From: an uncultured Roseateles sp.
Lineage (GTDB): Bacteria; Pseudomonadota; Gammaproteobacteria; Burkholderiales; Burkholderiaceae_C
NCBI GenBank assembly: GCA_963422335.1
Contig: OY729424.1
Location: 6,473,974-6,537,973 of the forward strand
DNA: 64,000 nucleotides
Direction: 5' to 3'
Shown: in pieces, positions 63,778 to 64,000 of the stretch
Layout: each line of letters opens with the position of its first letter
How positions within the stretch are numbered: position 1 is the first letter of the stretch
Notes under the pieces: generated by a model
What the model saw: only the letters and a program-made list of their open reading frames with translations
The model's database searches: none
What the model was told of the DNA's origin: nothing
Made by a program: the position numbers and the translations under genes

Positions 63778-64000
63778 ATGTATTCCGCCCCCAAGGACGT
63801 GGCCCAGATCCGTCTGGACAATGCGCTCGTCCTGTTCGAAGAGTTCGTCAGCGCCACCATCAAACACCCCGATGCCGCCACCCTGCGCGGCCTGGAGCGG
63901 CGTTTCGCCGAGCGATTGCAGATACAACCCAGCTACTGGAGCCAGATCAAGGGCCGCTCACGCCAGATCGGCGAACGCCTGGCGCGCCAGTTCGAGCAAC
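63778..64000 (+). CDS. Putative HTH (phage-repressor/XRE-like) regulator, N-terminal fragment running off the window end
   Basis: ATG 63778: MYSAPKDVAQIRLDNALVLFEEFVSATIKHPDAATLRGLERRFAERLQIQPSYWSQIKGRSRQIGERLARQFEQ... The SYWSQIKGRSRQIGERLAR segment resembles the recognition helix region of Cro/C1-type repressors. The gene is partial, so this call is tentative. Confidence 0.45.
   Translation, partial: MYSAPKDVAQIRLDNALVLFEEFVSATIKHPDAATLRGLERRFAERLQIQPSYWSQIKGRSRQIGERLARQFEQ

Overview
High-GC (about 68-70% by eye) proteobacterial chromosome segment. The gene families suggest a betaproteobacterium of the Burkholderiales, but that is inference only. I support about 45 protein genes; most other long ORFs in the track are GC-driven antisense shadows. 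Main blocks follow. (1) Nitrate/nitrite assimilation island, 1-8.9 kb: nirB fragment, PP2C-Ser/Thr kinase fusion, NarK-type transporter, nasFED-type ABC transporter, NasT, and an unusual pseudo-receiver-ANTAR-NIT protein. It carries three sigma54-type promoters and two ANTAR-type leader RNAs. (2) An inserted pair, 8.9-11.7 kb: a ScsC/DsbA-like disulfide isomerase and a secreted double beta-trefoil lectin / Cys-rich protein. (3) Three PEP-CTERM cargo proteins, two of them flanking a hybrid kinase, a LuxR-type regulator and a small orphan gene. (4) icmF with a 22-bp palindromic operator, then sugE. (5) A same-strand signalling operon: GGDEF cyclase, hybrid kinase, FliA-family sigma factor, hybrid kinase with Hpt. 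(6) hbd, a TonB-dependent receptor, and a yybP-ykoY (Mn2+) riboswitch before a UPF0016 gene. (7) ArsR - short P450-like - ABM module, a lactonase, and a second TonB-dependent receptor. (8) Two paralogous OmpR/sensor-kinase pairs with the same pho-box-like, apparently leaderless promoter layout, flanking a GH19 chitinase - TonB receptor - NagX-like - GntR locus. (9) LysR, an untracked DUF1127 mini-gene overlapping amn, and a modular PEP-CTERM protein. (10) Arylamine N-acetyltransferase, a tandem glycine riboswitch with terminator before dadA, and an EF-G paralog lacking the catalytic His. I saw no rRNA, tRNA, CRISPR array, transposase or integrase. All calls rest on reading the sequence and remembered family motifs; no searches were run.
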